From a bacterium (GTDB lineage Bacteria; ARS69), in NCBI GenBank assembly GCA_041393395.1, contig JAWKKG010000002.1, positions 124,468 to 188,467 of the forward strand: 64,000 nucleotides of DNA, written 5' to 3'. A model generated the notes under the pieces. That model was not told the origin of the DNA. It saw only the letters and a list, made by a program, of their open reading frames with translations, and did not search any database. The position numbers and the translations under genes are program-made. This document shows, piece by piece, positions 35,771-44,676 of this stretch (the first letter of the stretch is position 1; each line of letters opens with the position of its first letter).

Positions 35771-37932
35771 TACTCGATGTATCCGAGAGCGCGCAGTTCG
35801 TCGCGGATTCTGTCATCCACGCCGGTGGCAATCGCATCCCCCGGCTCCTCATCCTCACGCGCCCCGTACGTCGCGATCCAGCGCACCGGATGCGCCTCAC
35901 GCCAGGCGGGATCGAAGAGGTCCATGAGCGGAACTCCCTCGACGTCGAGCGGGCACGGCGCGCCGAGCGCGTAGAGGACGGTGGAGGCGATGTCGATGGC
36001 GCGGGCGCCGTCGATCGTGGCGGCGGCGCGGAACGGGCCGCCGGCGGCGACGAGGAGACCGTCCATGCGGTGGTCGCCGGAGTGGCCCTCCGGCACGCGG
36101 ATATCGGTCAGGGGGAACTCGACGTCGCCCGTGCCGGTGGCGCCTGCCGGCGGGAGGAGGACCCGGTCGCCGGCGACCGTCTCGTCGAACACCGCGACGA
36201 GACGTGGCCCGAGCTCGTCCTCGTCCAGCGCGAGCGCGCGGAACAGCGGCTCGTTTCCGTTCACGCGGCAGGCGGCGAGACGTTCCTTGGCGAGGGCGAG
36301 TGAGGTCGCGTCGCCGAGGCCGCCGATCCGGAGCACGCGACGCGCGTCGACGGTCGGCGGCCGAGGGTCGAATACGACGCTGCGGGCGGAGTCGGCCGCG
36401 CCGCCCGTGCCGGCCTGGAGCTCCGCGAGCCCGCACAGCTCGAGGAGCCGGTTCGGACGCCACCACTGACTGCGTTCGTTGTTCGTGAGGAATCCGTGGT
36501 CGGAGAGCACGAGCACGCCGGTCTCGGGGTCGAGCAGGTCGAGTGCCTCGCCCAGCAAACCGTCCATGAATCGATAGTATCGATCGACGACGGGCGCGAA
36601 CGCCGCTTCCTCTTCGGGCGTGAGGTCGCCGTACACGAGGTCGGCCACCCGCTCGCCGTCCTTTGCCGCGAGCCGGTACTTCCAGAACAGATGCTGGGTG
36701 TTGTCATTGCCGCGGAAGTACAGCGCCGTGAGATCGGGTTGTCCGTGACGCAACGCGACCCGCGCGGACTCGAGCGTGACGAGGTCGTGCCGGACGACGT
36801 CGTCGAGAATGCCGAGCGATCGGCGCGCCTGGCCCCAGCGATTCGCCCGCCAGTCCGCGAAGCGATCCGGCGGGATGTCGGTGAAGCTCGCGATCTCCCG
36901 GTCGGCGCGGGCGTCGACCCGGGCGCGCGCGGAATCCACGGCCGCGGTCAGCGCTTCGGGCGAGATGCGACGTGGCAGATCGTCGAAGTCGACGCGATCG
37001 GAGATCATGGCACCGGCGATCGCTTCCGCCGGCCACGTGACGTACCAGTTCACGAACGCGGACGTGAACCCGGCCCGCGCACCGAGATTCCAGATTGCCG
37101 GCACGCGTCGCAGGTTCGACGTGACCGGGACGCGATCGCCGTCGCGCCGGACGACGAAGTCCTCGATCCCGTGGACGGATGGCACGGCGCCGGTGGCCAC
37201 GGACGTCCAGACCACGGGGGACTTCGGTGGCCGGATGGAGCGCAGGTCTCCGCGACAGCCGCGTTCGATCAGCGCCTGGAGATTCGGCATCCGCCCGGCC
37301 GCGATCGCCTCGTCCACGAGGCGACCGTCGATGCCATCCAGTCCCAGGATCGCGATCTTCACGCCGGTGGGAACCCGCTCGGGATCCGCGACTTGCGTGC
37401 CGTCCGGTCGCGCGGGAGCGCGACTCGCGAACGCGCTCACGCCCACGACCCAGATCGTCGCGGAGACGACGAAGCCGCTCGCGAGCGCACGGCGCGGTCC
37501 CCGCGGAAGGCGGGTCGTGATTGCGCCCGCGACGACTCCCGCGATCGCCGCCGCCACTCCGCCGATGCCCACGAGTGCCCAACCGACGTCCTGCGCGAGT
37601 GCGCGGTGGCGCCAGACGCTGCCCAGCACGAATCCGTCGAGTGCGACGAGGGCCGCTCCGACGAGCACCGCGCGAACGGCGGAGGGGCCTCGACGGACGA
37701 GCGCCCCGATCACCAGTGCCACTCCGGCGCCGATCAGCGCGTGCCCGCCGACGTACCAGGCCGTCGCCACCGCGGCGGTGTCGAGGCGGATCAGCGTCGC
37801 GTCGGCGAAGCGACCGGAGAGCACGCGGAACACCGCGTTGAGGGCGTCGGCCCACACGTGCCACGTGGCCGAGAGCTCCAGGAAGTGGAGCCACGCGCCG
37901 AGGACGGCCCCGGCGGCGGCGCCCTCCAGCAA
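35770..37932 (-). CDS. Membrane-anchored alkaline-phosphatase-superfamily protein (type I phosphodiesterase/nucleotide pyrophosphatase-like domain), paralog 1
   Basis: N-terminal polytopic TM region of about 170 aa, then ...IAILGLDGIDGRLVDEAIAAGRMPNLQAL...VVWTSVATG...SDHGF.... 720 aa. Paralogous to 44677..46686. Confidence 0.7.
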   Translation of the reverse strand: MLEGAAAGAVLGAWLHFLELSATWHVWADALNAVFRVLSGRFADATLIRLDTAAVATAWYVGGHALIGAGVALVIGALVRRGPSAVRAVLVGAALVALDGFVLGSVWRHRALAQDVGWALVGIGGVAAAIAGVVAGAITTRLPRGPRRALASGFVVSATIWVVGVSAFASRAPARPDGTQVADPERVPTGVKIAILGLDGIDGRLVDEAIAAGRMPNLQALIERGCRGDLRSIRPPKSPVVWTSVATGAVPSVHGIEDFVVRRDGDRVPVTSNLRRVPAIWNLGARAGFTSAFVNWYVTWPAEAIAGAMISDRVDFDDLPRRISPEALTAAVDSARARVDARADREIASFTDIPPDRFADWRANRWGQARRSLGILDDVVRHDLVTLESARVALRHGQPDLTALYFRGNDNTQHLFWKYRLAAKDGERVADLVYGDLTPEEEAAFAPVVDRYYRFMDGLLGEALDLLDPETGVLVLSDHGFLTNNERSQWWRPNRLLELCGLAELQAGTGGAADSARSVVFDPRPPTVDARRVLRIGGLGDATSLALAKERLAACRVNGNEPLFRALALDEDELGPRLVAVFDETVAGDRVLLPPAGATGTGDVEFPLTDIRVPEGHSGDHRMDGLLVAAGGPFRAAATIDGARAIDIASTVLYALGAPCPLDVEGVPLMDLFDPAWREAHPVRWIATYGAREDEEPGDAIATGVDDRIRDELRALGYIE

Positions 37933-37969
37933 CCGCTGCGAAACGGAACTCGAGTCGCGGGAAGTCAGG

Positions 37970-38626
37970 CTACGTTCTCCGGGGGTCGGGAATCGGGGCG
38001 GGCTCGCCGGTTGCGCGACGGACCCGCCTCGGGAACAAGATGTCCCGCATCTCGTCCGCGTCCAGGTCGGGGAAGCAGGCCCAGGCCTCGCGCAACGAGT
38101 CGGGCAGCGCCTCGGTCAGGATCTCGAGGCGCTCTCGACCGCTCGCGGTCTCCGCGACAGCCGAGGGGGTGCGCCCGCCGAGCGCGTCATTCGGGAGGAA
38201 CGGCCAGGCGAGCCGCAGGTAGAGCTCCGCGACCTCGCGTCGGGCGAGGTGCGGCGAGTCGGCTTGTCCCGCGGGCCCGCAGATCGCGTTCGGATTCTCC
38301 AGCAAGCGCTCGAACGGCAGGGCGCGCGTCTCGTCGTGGGGCCACGCGGTGCCGCCCGAGATCTCCCGCTCCGCCGCGCGAAGCCACTCCTCCGAGAAGG
38401 ACTCGATCACGAGCGCGCCACCGCCGGAACAGACGCGGGCGAACGCGAACGGGGTGTCGTCGTCTTCCGGATCGAGTCGCGTCCACTCCGCGCGCAGGCA
38501 GCGGTCGCGGGGGACGAGGCGGAACGCCTCGCGTTCCCCGAGAGCCCGCACGCGCGCGCTCTCCTCGTGGAAGCGGACGGCCTGATGCAGCGCGAGCCGC
38601 CCGGGATCGAGTCGAGACCCGCTCAT
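37970..38626 (-). CDS. Hypothetical protein
   Basis: 218 aa with high GC3; no recognisable motifs. Confidence 0.45.
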   Translation of the reverse strand: MSGSRLDPGRLALHQAVRFHEESARVRALGEREAFRLVPRDRCLRAEWTRLDPEDDDTPFAFARVCSGGGALVIESFSEEWLRAAEREISGGTAWPHDETRALPFERLLENPNAICGPAGQADSPHLARREVAELYLRLAWPFLPNDALGGRTPSAVAETASGRERLEILTEALPDSLREAWACFPDLDADEMRDILFPRRVRRATGEPAPIPDPRRT

Positions 38627-38725
38627 GGACTGCTCCTTTCCGCGGCCGAATGACGGCGACGCGGGTTCGAGTCTCTTCCGACCGGACGGCGGCGCCGCGC
38701 GAGGGCGGCCGCCGCCGGCCGAGGA

Positions 38726-39781
38726 CTACGCGTGATCGAGCGGGACCTTGTCGGCCTCCGCCAGGAACGCGACGAGCAGGTCGATCGACGCCTGGATATC
38801 CTTGCGGTGGCACATCTCGATCACCGAGTGCACGTACCGCGACGGGATCGACACGCAGCCGGCCGGCACGCCGCCTCCCGCACGCTGGATCGCCGCGGTA
38901 TCCGTGCCGCCCTTCGTGAGGACCTCCATCTGGTACGGGATCTTCTTCTTCTGCGCGATCGCGCGGAGCGCATCGACCACGCGGAAGTCGGAGATCACGC
39001 TCGAGTCCATGACCTTGATCGCCGTGCCGGCTCCGAGCTTCGTCACGTGCTCTTCGGAGCTCGCGCCGGGCACGTCGTTCGCGAGCGTGACGTCGAGCGC
39101 GATGCCGAGATCCGGCCGCAGCGCTTCGGCGGCGACCGTCGCGCCGCGGATGCCGACCTCTTCCTGGGTCGTGGCGACGGCGATGACTTCCACCGCGTGG
39201 CTCTTCAGCGCGCGAACCGCCTCGATCATCACGAACACGCCCACGCGGTCGTCGAGCGACTTCGTGCAGACCGATTCGCCGATGTCCACGAAGTCGCGCT
39301 CGCGCGTCGCCAGGTCGCCGACCGAAACGAGCTTGTCGACCTTCGCCTTGGGCAGGCCGAGATCGATGAAGAAGTGCTCGAGCTTCGGCGGGCGCTGGCG
39401 CTCCTCGTCCGTCATGATGTGGATCGGCTTGCTGCCGATCACGCCCAGCACGTCCTTGCGTCCGTGGACGATGACGCGCTGGGTGGAGAGGGTCTTCGGA
39501 TCGAAACCGCCGAGCGGCGCGAACCGGAGGAATCCGTTCTCGTCCACGTGGGTCACGATCAGCGAGATCTCGTCCATGTGGGCGGAAAGCATGACCCGGC
39601 GGGGCTCGCCCTTCCCGGCGCGGCCGCGGGGCCGGCGGGTCGCGAACACGTTGCCCATCCGGTCGACTTCGATCTCGTCCACCAGCGGGGACAGCTCGCG
39701 GATCACGATTTCACGGATCCGCTCCTCCCGGCCCGGGGGGCCCGGCGTCCGGCACAGCTCACTCAGCAGTTCGACGTTCAT
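38726..39781 (-). CDS. M42-family metallopeptidase (glutamyl aminopeptidase / FrvX-like)
   Basis: Start at ATG 39781. MLSAHMDEI..., ...SKSLDDRVG... and ...EEVGIRGA... are the M42 metal-ligand motifs. 351 aa. Confidence 0.85.
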   Translation of the reverse strand: MNVELLSELCRTPGPPGREERIREIVIRELSPLVDEIEVDRMGNVFATRRPRGRAGKGEPRRVMLSAHMDEISLIVTHVDENGFLRFAPLGGFDPKTLSTQRVIVHGRKDVLGVIGSKPIHIMTDEERQRPPKLEHFFIDLGLPKAKVDKLVSVGDLATRERDFVDIGESVCTKSLDDRVGVFVMIEAVRALKSHAVEVIAVATTQEEVGIRGATVAAEALRPDLGIALDVTLANDVPGASSEEHVTKLGAGTAIKVMDSSVISDFRVVDALRAIAQKKKIPYQMEVLTKGGTDTAAIQRAGGGVPAGCVSIPSRYVHSVIEMCHRKDIQASIDLLVAFLAEADKVPLDHA

Positions 39782-39936
39782 TGCATCTCCTGCGGTCGCT
39801 CTCGGTTCCGGACGGCCGTGTCGGCGGACGGTCGAATCCGGGCGCGGCGAAGGGCGCCCGGGAATGGTAACTTCATCCCGCTCCGCGCGGAAGTCGAAGC
39901 TTGCGGAGCCGAATCGTACGGGCACGAGGGCGGCGC

Positions 39937-42900
39937 ATGCGGGAGCCAGGCACCGAATCCGGGGGAGATCCGCGGGAGATCCGCGCGCTCGCCGACGTCC
40001 TGCACGCTTCGGGAGAGACCTACCGGCGGGACGGCGACTTCGCGCGGGCGGCCGAGTTCTTCCGCAAGAGCCTCGAGATCCTCGGGGCGGCCGGGAGTCC
40101 CGCCCGGCAGGTGGAGGTCCGCCTCGACCTCGCGCGCGTGCTGGTCCGCCTCGGCGACGTCGACGAGGCGAGCCGGCTCGTGGAGGCCGCGCGGGAGGGC
40201 CTCGGTGGGGAGGGTGATCCCCGCGTCCGAGCGGAGTGCCATCAGCTGCTCGGCAACATCGCTCGCGGCCGCGGTCGCCCGGCCGACGCCGAGACGCACT
40301 ACAACCGCGCGCTCGAGCTCTACGGCGAGGTGCGCGACGATCACGGGGTGGCGGCGACCCTCGCGCTGTTCGGCATCCTGCACAACGAACGCGGCAACTA
40401 CGAGGCGGCGGAGGAGCGTTACCGGGCCGCCCTCGCGCTGTTCGAGCGGGTCGGCGACGACGAGCAGATCGCGGCGCTCACGAACAACCTGGGAACGCTC
40501 TTCCTGCGCCGCGGCGACCTCGCGCGCGCCGCCGAGGAACTCGAACGGGCGCGCGGGTTGTTCGAGAAGCTCGGTGATCGACTCGGCGTGGGCAAGTGCC
40601 ACAACAACCTCGCCGGTATCTATCGTGCGCTCGGCCAGGACGGGAAGTCGGCGGAGTCTTTCCGGCAGGGTCTCACGATCTTCGAGCAGATCGGCGACAA
40701 GCGCGGCGCCGCGATCGCGGCGAACAACCTCGCGGTCATCGAGCAGGACTTCGGTCGCTGGGACGAAGCGGAGAAGCTCCACCGCCGCAGCCTGGAGCTG
40801 AAGCGCGAGATGGACGATCGCTCGGGCGAGGCCGTCTCGCTCGGCAACCTCGCCGACGTGGCATTCTTCCGCGGCGAGTGGGACAAGGCGGGGCGACTGT
40901 ACCGTGACGCGCTCGCGCTGCAGCAGGCGGCCGCGAATCGCGCCGGTTGCGCGTGGGTGCACAACCATGCCGCGCGCCTGTCCCTCGCGCGCGGTCAGCA
41001 GGATCGCGCCGGGCGGGAAGCGGCGAACGCGCGCCAGATCGGCAGGGAAGTCTCCTCGCGCGAGATCCAGGCCGAGGCGATCGTCACGGAGATCCGCCTC
41101 GCGCTCGCGGCGGGCGATCTCGGGGGCGCGCGACGTCTCCTGAACGAGGCCGAGGATCTCGCCCGCGGCATGCGCAGTCGCGAGGTGGAGGCGCTCGTGC
41201 GCCGGTCGCGCGGCGAGGTGCTCGCGGCGGAAGGTTCCACCGACGAAGCGGACGAGGTCTTCGACGAGGTCGCGCGTGCGTTCCGGCGTTTGCGCCGCCC
41301 GTTCGATCTCGCGTCGGTGGAGCTCGCACGCGGCCTCGCGTGGGCGTTCGCGAAGCGCGGCGACCGGGCGGTGGAGCCGTTCACCGAGGCGGAGCGGATT
41401 CTCGACGAGCTCGGCGCCTCCGTGCACGTGCTCTCGCCGCTGCGCACCGCCGTCGAGTTTCTCGTCGGCAATCGACCGGGCGACGGACAGGAGCTCGCCG
41501 AGGCGGGTCTCCGTCTCGCGCGACGTCTCGCGGACGACGAATCGGTGGAGGCCTTCGGGCGGCTCGCGAGCGAGGTCGCCCGCGAGCACGAGGACGAGCG
41601 GGCGCCGGGCCTGCGCCTCGCCGACGTCGGTCGATTCGCGGAATCGCTCCTGCGCCTGCCGGGGGGCGAGGACCCCGTCGCGTTCACGCTCGCTCGTCTC
41701 CTCGACGAGCTGCGGGGCGATCGCGGCGTGCTCCTCGTGCGCGACACGGACGCGGAACGCTTCGAGGTGACGGCCTCGGACGGCTTCGAAGACCCCGGGC
41801 GCACGGATGCCGTGCGCGCCGCGGAGCGCGCCGTGGAAACGGGCGAGGTCTGGCGCGACTTCCGCGGCGGAGAGCGCGACAAGCCGCGGTCCCGCCTCGT
41901 ATTGCCGTTCGGTCTCGGGGCGCCGGTCGTGGGCGCGGTGCATCTGGAGACATCCGTGGGAGCGCGCGGTTTCGGCGAGGACGACGAGCGCTATGCGTTC
42001 GCGGTCGCCACCGTGCTCGTGCTGCACCTGGCGGGCGCGGCGCCGGAGCCGACCGCCGTCGCGCGGGTGCGCGTGGCGCCGCGCGAGAAGCCGGCCGCGT
42101 TCGCGGAGATCGTGGGCGACTCGGGTCGCATGAGCGAGGTCTGCGATACCGCGCGCAAGGTCGCCGCGAGCAACACCACGGTCCTGATCCTCGGCGAGAG
42201 CGGGACCGGCAAGGAGCTTCTCGCGCGCGGGATTCACCGATCTTCGCCGCGACGCGAAGGTCCGTTCGTCGCGGTGAACTGTCCGTCGATTCCGCGCGAC
42301 CTGCTCGAGAGCGAGCTGTTCGGCTACGAGAAGGGGGCGTTCACCGGAGCGGACGAGACGAAGGAAGGACGCCTCGAGCTCGCGAACGGCGGCACGCTGT
42401 TCCTCGACGAGCTCGGCGATCTCCCGTTCTCGGCCCAGGCGAAGCTGCTGCGCGTGCTGCAGGAGCGCACGTTCGAGCGGCTCGGCGGGCTCGCCACCCG
42501 GCGCGTCGACGTCCGGATCCTCGCCGCGACGTCGGTCGATCTCGCGCGCGCCGTCGCGGAGCGCCGGTTCCGTGAGGACCTGTACTACCGACTGAACGTC
42601 GTGCCGATCGTGATGCCGCCGTTGCGCGAACGCCCCGAGGACGTGCCGGCCCTGGTGGACCACTTCCTCTCGCGCTATCAGGTGGAGAGCCGTCCGGTGC
42701 AGTGGGTCAGCCCGGAGGCGCTGCGGCTGCTCACGGCGTATCCGTGGCCCGGAAACGTCCGCGAGCTGGAGAATGCGATCCAGTACGCGCTGAGCCTCAT
42801 GGACGGGGACACGCTGCGGCCCGCCGACCTGCCGCGGGTCGTGCGCTCGCACCAGGCGAGCGGGGAGGCGGCGGCCGGCAGTCTGCAGTCCGAGGTCGAC

Positions 42901-43092
42901 CGCCTGGAGCGGGACCTCATCCAGCAGGCGCTGGAGGCGACCGATTGGAATCGGAGCGAGGCTGCCCGGCGCCTCGGGACGAACGAGTCCAAGATCCGTC
43001 AGCGCATGAAGAAGCACGGGATCGCGCCTCCCCGGCGCGGTCGGCGAATCGCTCCGCGGGGCCGCGATTTCGGCAAATCCGACGAAGTCTGA
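39937..43092 (+). CDS. Sigma-54-dependent transcriptional activator with N-terminal TPR repeats and a GAF-like sensor, AAA+ sigma-54 interaction domain, and C-terminal Fis-type HTH
   Basis: GESGTGKE Walker A, GAFTGA sigma-54 contact motif, ...DLYYRLNV..., C-terminal [29 protein letters not shown], many TPR-like LGNIA/YNRAL repeats. ATG 39937 is preferred; the TTG at 39901 is possible. Confidence 0.85.
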   Translation: MREPGTESGGDPREIRALADVLHASGETYRRDGDFARAAEFFRKSLEILGAAGSPARQVEVRLDLARVLVRLGDVDEASRLVEAAREGLGGEGDPRVRAECHQLLGNIARGRGRPADAETHYNRALELYGEVRDDHGVAATLALFGILHNERGNYEAAEERYRAALALFERVGDDEQIAALTNNLGTLFLRRGDLARAAEELERARGLFEKLGDRLGVGKCHNNLAGIYRALGQDGKSAESFRQGLTIFEQIGDKRGAAIAANNLAVIEQDFGRWDEAEKLHRRSLELKREMDDRSGEAVSLGNLADVAFFRGEWDKAGRLYRDALALQQAAANRAGCAWVHNHAARLSLARGQQDRAGREAANARQIGREVSSREIQAEAIVTEIRLALAAGDLGGARRLLNEAEDLARGMRSREVEALVRRSRGEVLAAEGSTDEADEVFDEVARAFRRLRRPFDLASVELARGLAWAFAKRGDRAVEPFTEAERILDELGASVHVLSPLRTAVEFLVGNRPGDGQELAEAGLRLARRLADDESVEAFGRLASEVAREHEDERAPGLRLADVGRFAESLLRLPGGEDPVAFTLARLLDELRGDRGVLLVRDTDAERFEVTASDGFEDPGRTDAVRAAERAVETGEVWRDFRGGERDKPRSRLVLPFGLGAPVVGAVHLETSVGARGFGEDDERYAFAVATVLVLHLAGAAPEPTAVARVRVAPREKPAAFAEIVGDSGRMSEVCDTARKVAASNTTVLILGESGTGKELLARGIHRSSPRREGPFVAVNCPSIPRDLLESELFGYEKGAFTGADETKEGRLELANGGTLFLDELGDLPFSAQAKLLRVLQERTFERLGGLATRRVDVRILAATSVDLARAVAERRFREDLYYRLNVVPIVMPPLRERPEDVPALVDHFLSRYQVESRPVQWVSPEALRLLTAYPWPGNVRELENAIQYALSLMDGDTLRPADLPRVVRSHQASGEAAAGSLQSEVDRLERDLIQQALEATDWNRSEAARRLGTNESKIRQRMKKHGIAPPRRGRRIAPRGRDFGKSDEV

Positions 43093-43269
43093 AGCTCCTT
43101 GATTTCAATCGGTTGCGCCTCACTTTCCACGGATTCGGCGATTTCCACGAGCGCCTTCCGTCGCGGGGCCGACGAAGCTCCGATTCGGGCGACATTCCTG
43201 CGTTCATAAGTTGTTTAAAATCAATCGCATCGCGGCTTGATTCGTCGTTTCCGACGAGCCGCGAAGAAT

Positions 43270-43285
43270 TGGCACCAACGTTGCT
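43270..43285 (+). promoter_or_regulatory. Sigma-54 (-24/-12) promoter TGGCAC-N5-TTGCT
   Basis: TGGCACcaacgTTGCT has exact GG-N10-GC spacing. It lies 178 bp downstream of the sigma-54 activator gene and upstream of a small ORF and the LTD/C-tag protein gene. Confidence 0.6.
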
Positions 43286-43404
43286 CTTTGGGGTCGCATC
43301 GCCGGGCGAACTTCCCGGCGGTGGAGAGGACGACCCCCGTGGATTCTCAGAAGACCGACACGAACCGGCCGAGGGGCAGGGGCCGAGGCAAGCTGGGGCG
43401 GCGA

Positions 43405-43623
43405 ATGAACCTCGCAATGTCCCTGGCTCTGGCCGGTTTCGTGGTCGGCTTCTGGGGTCTCGTCCAGGGGTTCGCGGCGCCGGGCGACGTTCCGGCGCCG
43501 ACTCGGGGACCCGAGCCTCTCCATCGCGGGGAAGCCCTGGCGGGCGACCTGGCGCTGGAGCGCCCGGCCCCGCCCGTTCCCGCGCGGATCGCGGGCGATC
43601 TCGAGATCCGGCTCCCGCGCTAG
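43405..43623 (+). CDS. Possible small hydrophobic secreted/membrane peptide
   Basis: 72 aa, MNLAMSLALAGFVVGFWGLVQGFAAPG..., sitting between the sigma-54 promoter and the LTD gene. Confidence 0.3.
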   Translation: MNLAMSLALAGFVVGFWGLVQGFAAPGDVPAPTRGPEPLHRGEALAGDLALERPAPPVPARIAGDLEIRLPR

Positions 43624-43691
43624 ACGAGCGATCGCCCGCTCGCGTGCGCTACAATCGGTGGACTCTTCCACCGCTGACCGAGGACGACCCG

Positions 43692-44672
43692 ATGCGATTC
43701 CCTGCTTCTCGTGCCGTGCTCCTGCTCGCACTCCTCGTCGCGGCGCCGGTCCGCGCCGACGTCCTGCTCAACGAGTTCGGGCGCACGGGCGCGGGCGCGA
43801 GCACCGTCGAGCTCTACAACGCGCTCCCGGACACGGTGGATCTGACGGGCTGGTTCCTGCGCAATCAGGACGGCCTCGAGGTCGCGCTGTCCGGCAGCAT
43901 CGCACCCGGCGAGCACCAGACCACCTCCACCGGGAACCTCGTGGTGGAGGGCGGCCAGATCGAGCTGTACGACGGGACGCTGCTGCAGCGGGACGAGGTC
44001 TCCTTCGGCGATCAGGGTGGGGCGCCGCTGCCGCCGCCGGGAGCTTTCTCGTGCGCGCGCTCTCCCGACGGCACGGACACCGACGACGACGCGGCCGACT
44101 GGAACCTCGACTCCACGCCGACCTTCGGCGCCACGAACGATCATCTGCCCGCGAACCTCGGCTTCTCGAACGTCGCCATCAACGAGGTCGGGCGCAGCGC
44201 GTTCGCGTTCGGCCGTCTCGCATGCCCGACGCCCCGCATCGAGCTCCACAACAAGGGCGTGACGCCGGTGAACCTGAACGGCTGGTTCCTCACCGATGGC
44301 CGCCAGGTCGTACCCCTGAGCGGTCCGCTGCCGGCCAACGGCTTCGTCGTCGTGACGGACTTCCCGCCGCTGTTCTGCTTCGAGGAGACGCATGTGCTCT
44401 ACCTGTTCGGGCCGGCCGGGCGCCGCTTCGATCAGGTCGGAGTGCTCGGCTCGTCGCTGCCGCCGGGCAGTCTCGAGGACAGCTGGCAGCGCGTGCCGGA
44501 TGGATCCGGCCCGTACGACGGCTACGACTACGCGACCAGCGGTGGTTCCGTCACGTGGGTGATCCGCACGTCCACGTTCGGGCAGCCGAACGGGAGCGGT
44601 CCGATCACGGATGCACCGGAGCTCGACACGGAAACCTGGGGACGTCTGAAGGCCGGCTACCGGGTCCGCTGA
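43692..44672 (+). CDS. Secreted protein with two lamin-tail-domain (LTD) repeats and the ...ETWGRLKAGYR C-terminal tag
   Basis: GAGGA RBS. Signal peptide MRFPASRAVLLLALLVAAPVRA. LTD pattern twice: VLLNEFGRTG...VELYNALPDTVDLTGWFLRNQDG and VAINEVGRSAF...IELHNKGVTPVNLNGWFLTDGRQV. C-terminus TETWGRLKAGYRVR. The upstream part of the 42702 ORF is rejected. Confidence 0.75.
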   Translation: MRFPASRAVLLLALLVAAPVRADVLLNEFGRTGAGASTVELYNALPDTVDLTGWFLRNQDGLEVALSGSIAPGEHQTTSTGNLVVEGGQIELYDGTLLQRDEVSFGDQGGAPLPPPGAFSCARSPDGTDTDDDAADWNLDSTPTFGATNDHLPANLGFSNVAINEVGRSAFAFGRLACPTPRIELHNKGVTPVNLNGWFLTDGRQVVPLSGPLPANGFVVVTDFPPLFCFEETHVLYLFGPAGRRFDQVGVLGSSLPPGSLEDSWQRVPDGSGPYDGYDYATSGGSVTWVIRTSTFGQPNGSGPITDAPELDTETWGRLKAGYRVR

Positions 44673-44676
44673 TCGA

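Noticed and set aside
34554-35778. Target-site duplication flanking the IS
   Set aside because: Flanks are ...CGTTGGTT | IS | TACTCGAT.... No direct repeat of 2 to 9 bp was found, so the element boundaries remain approximate.
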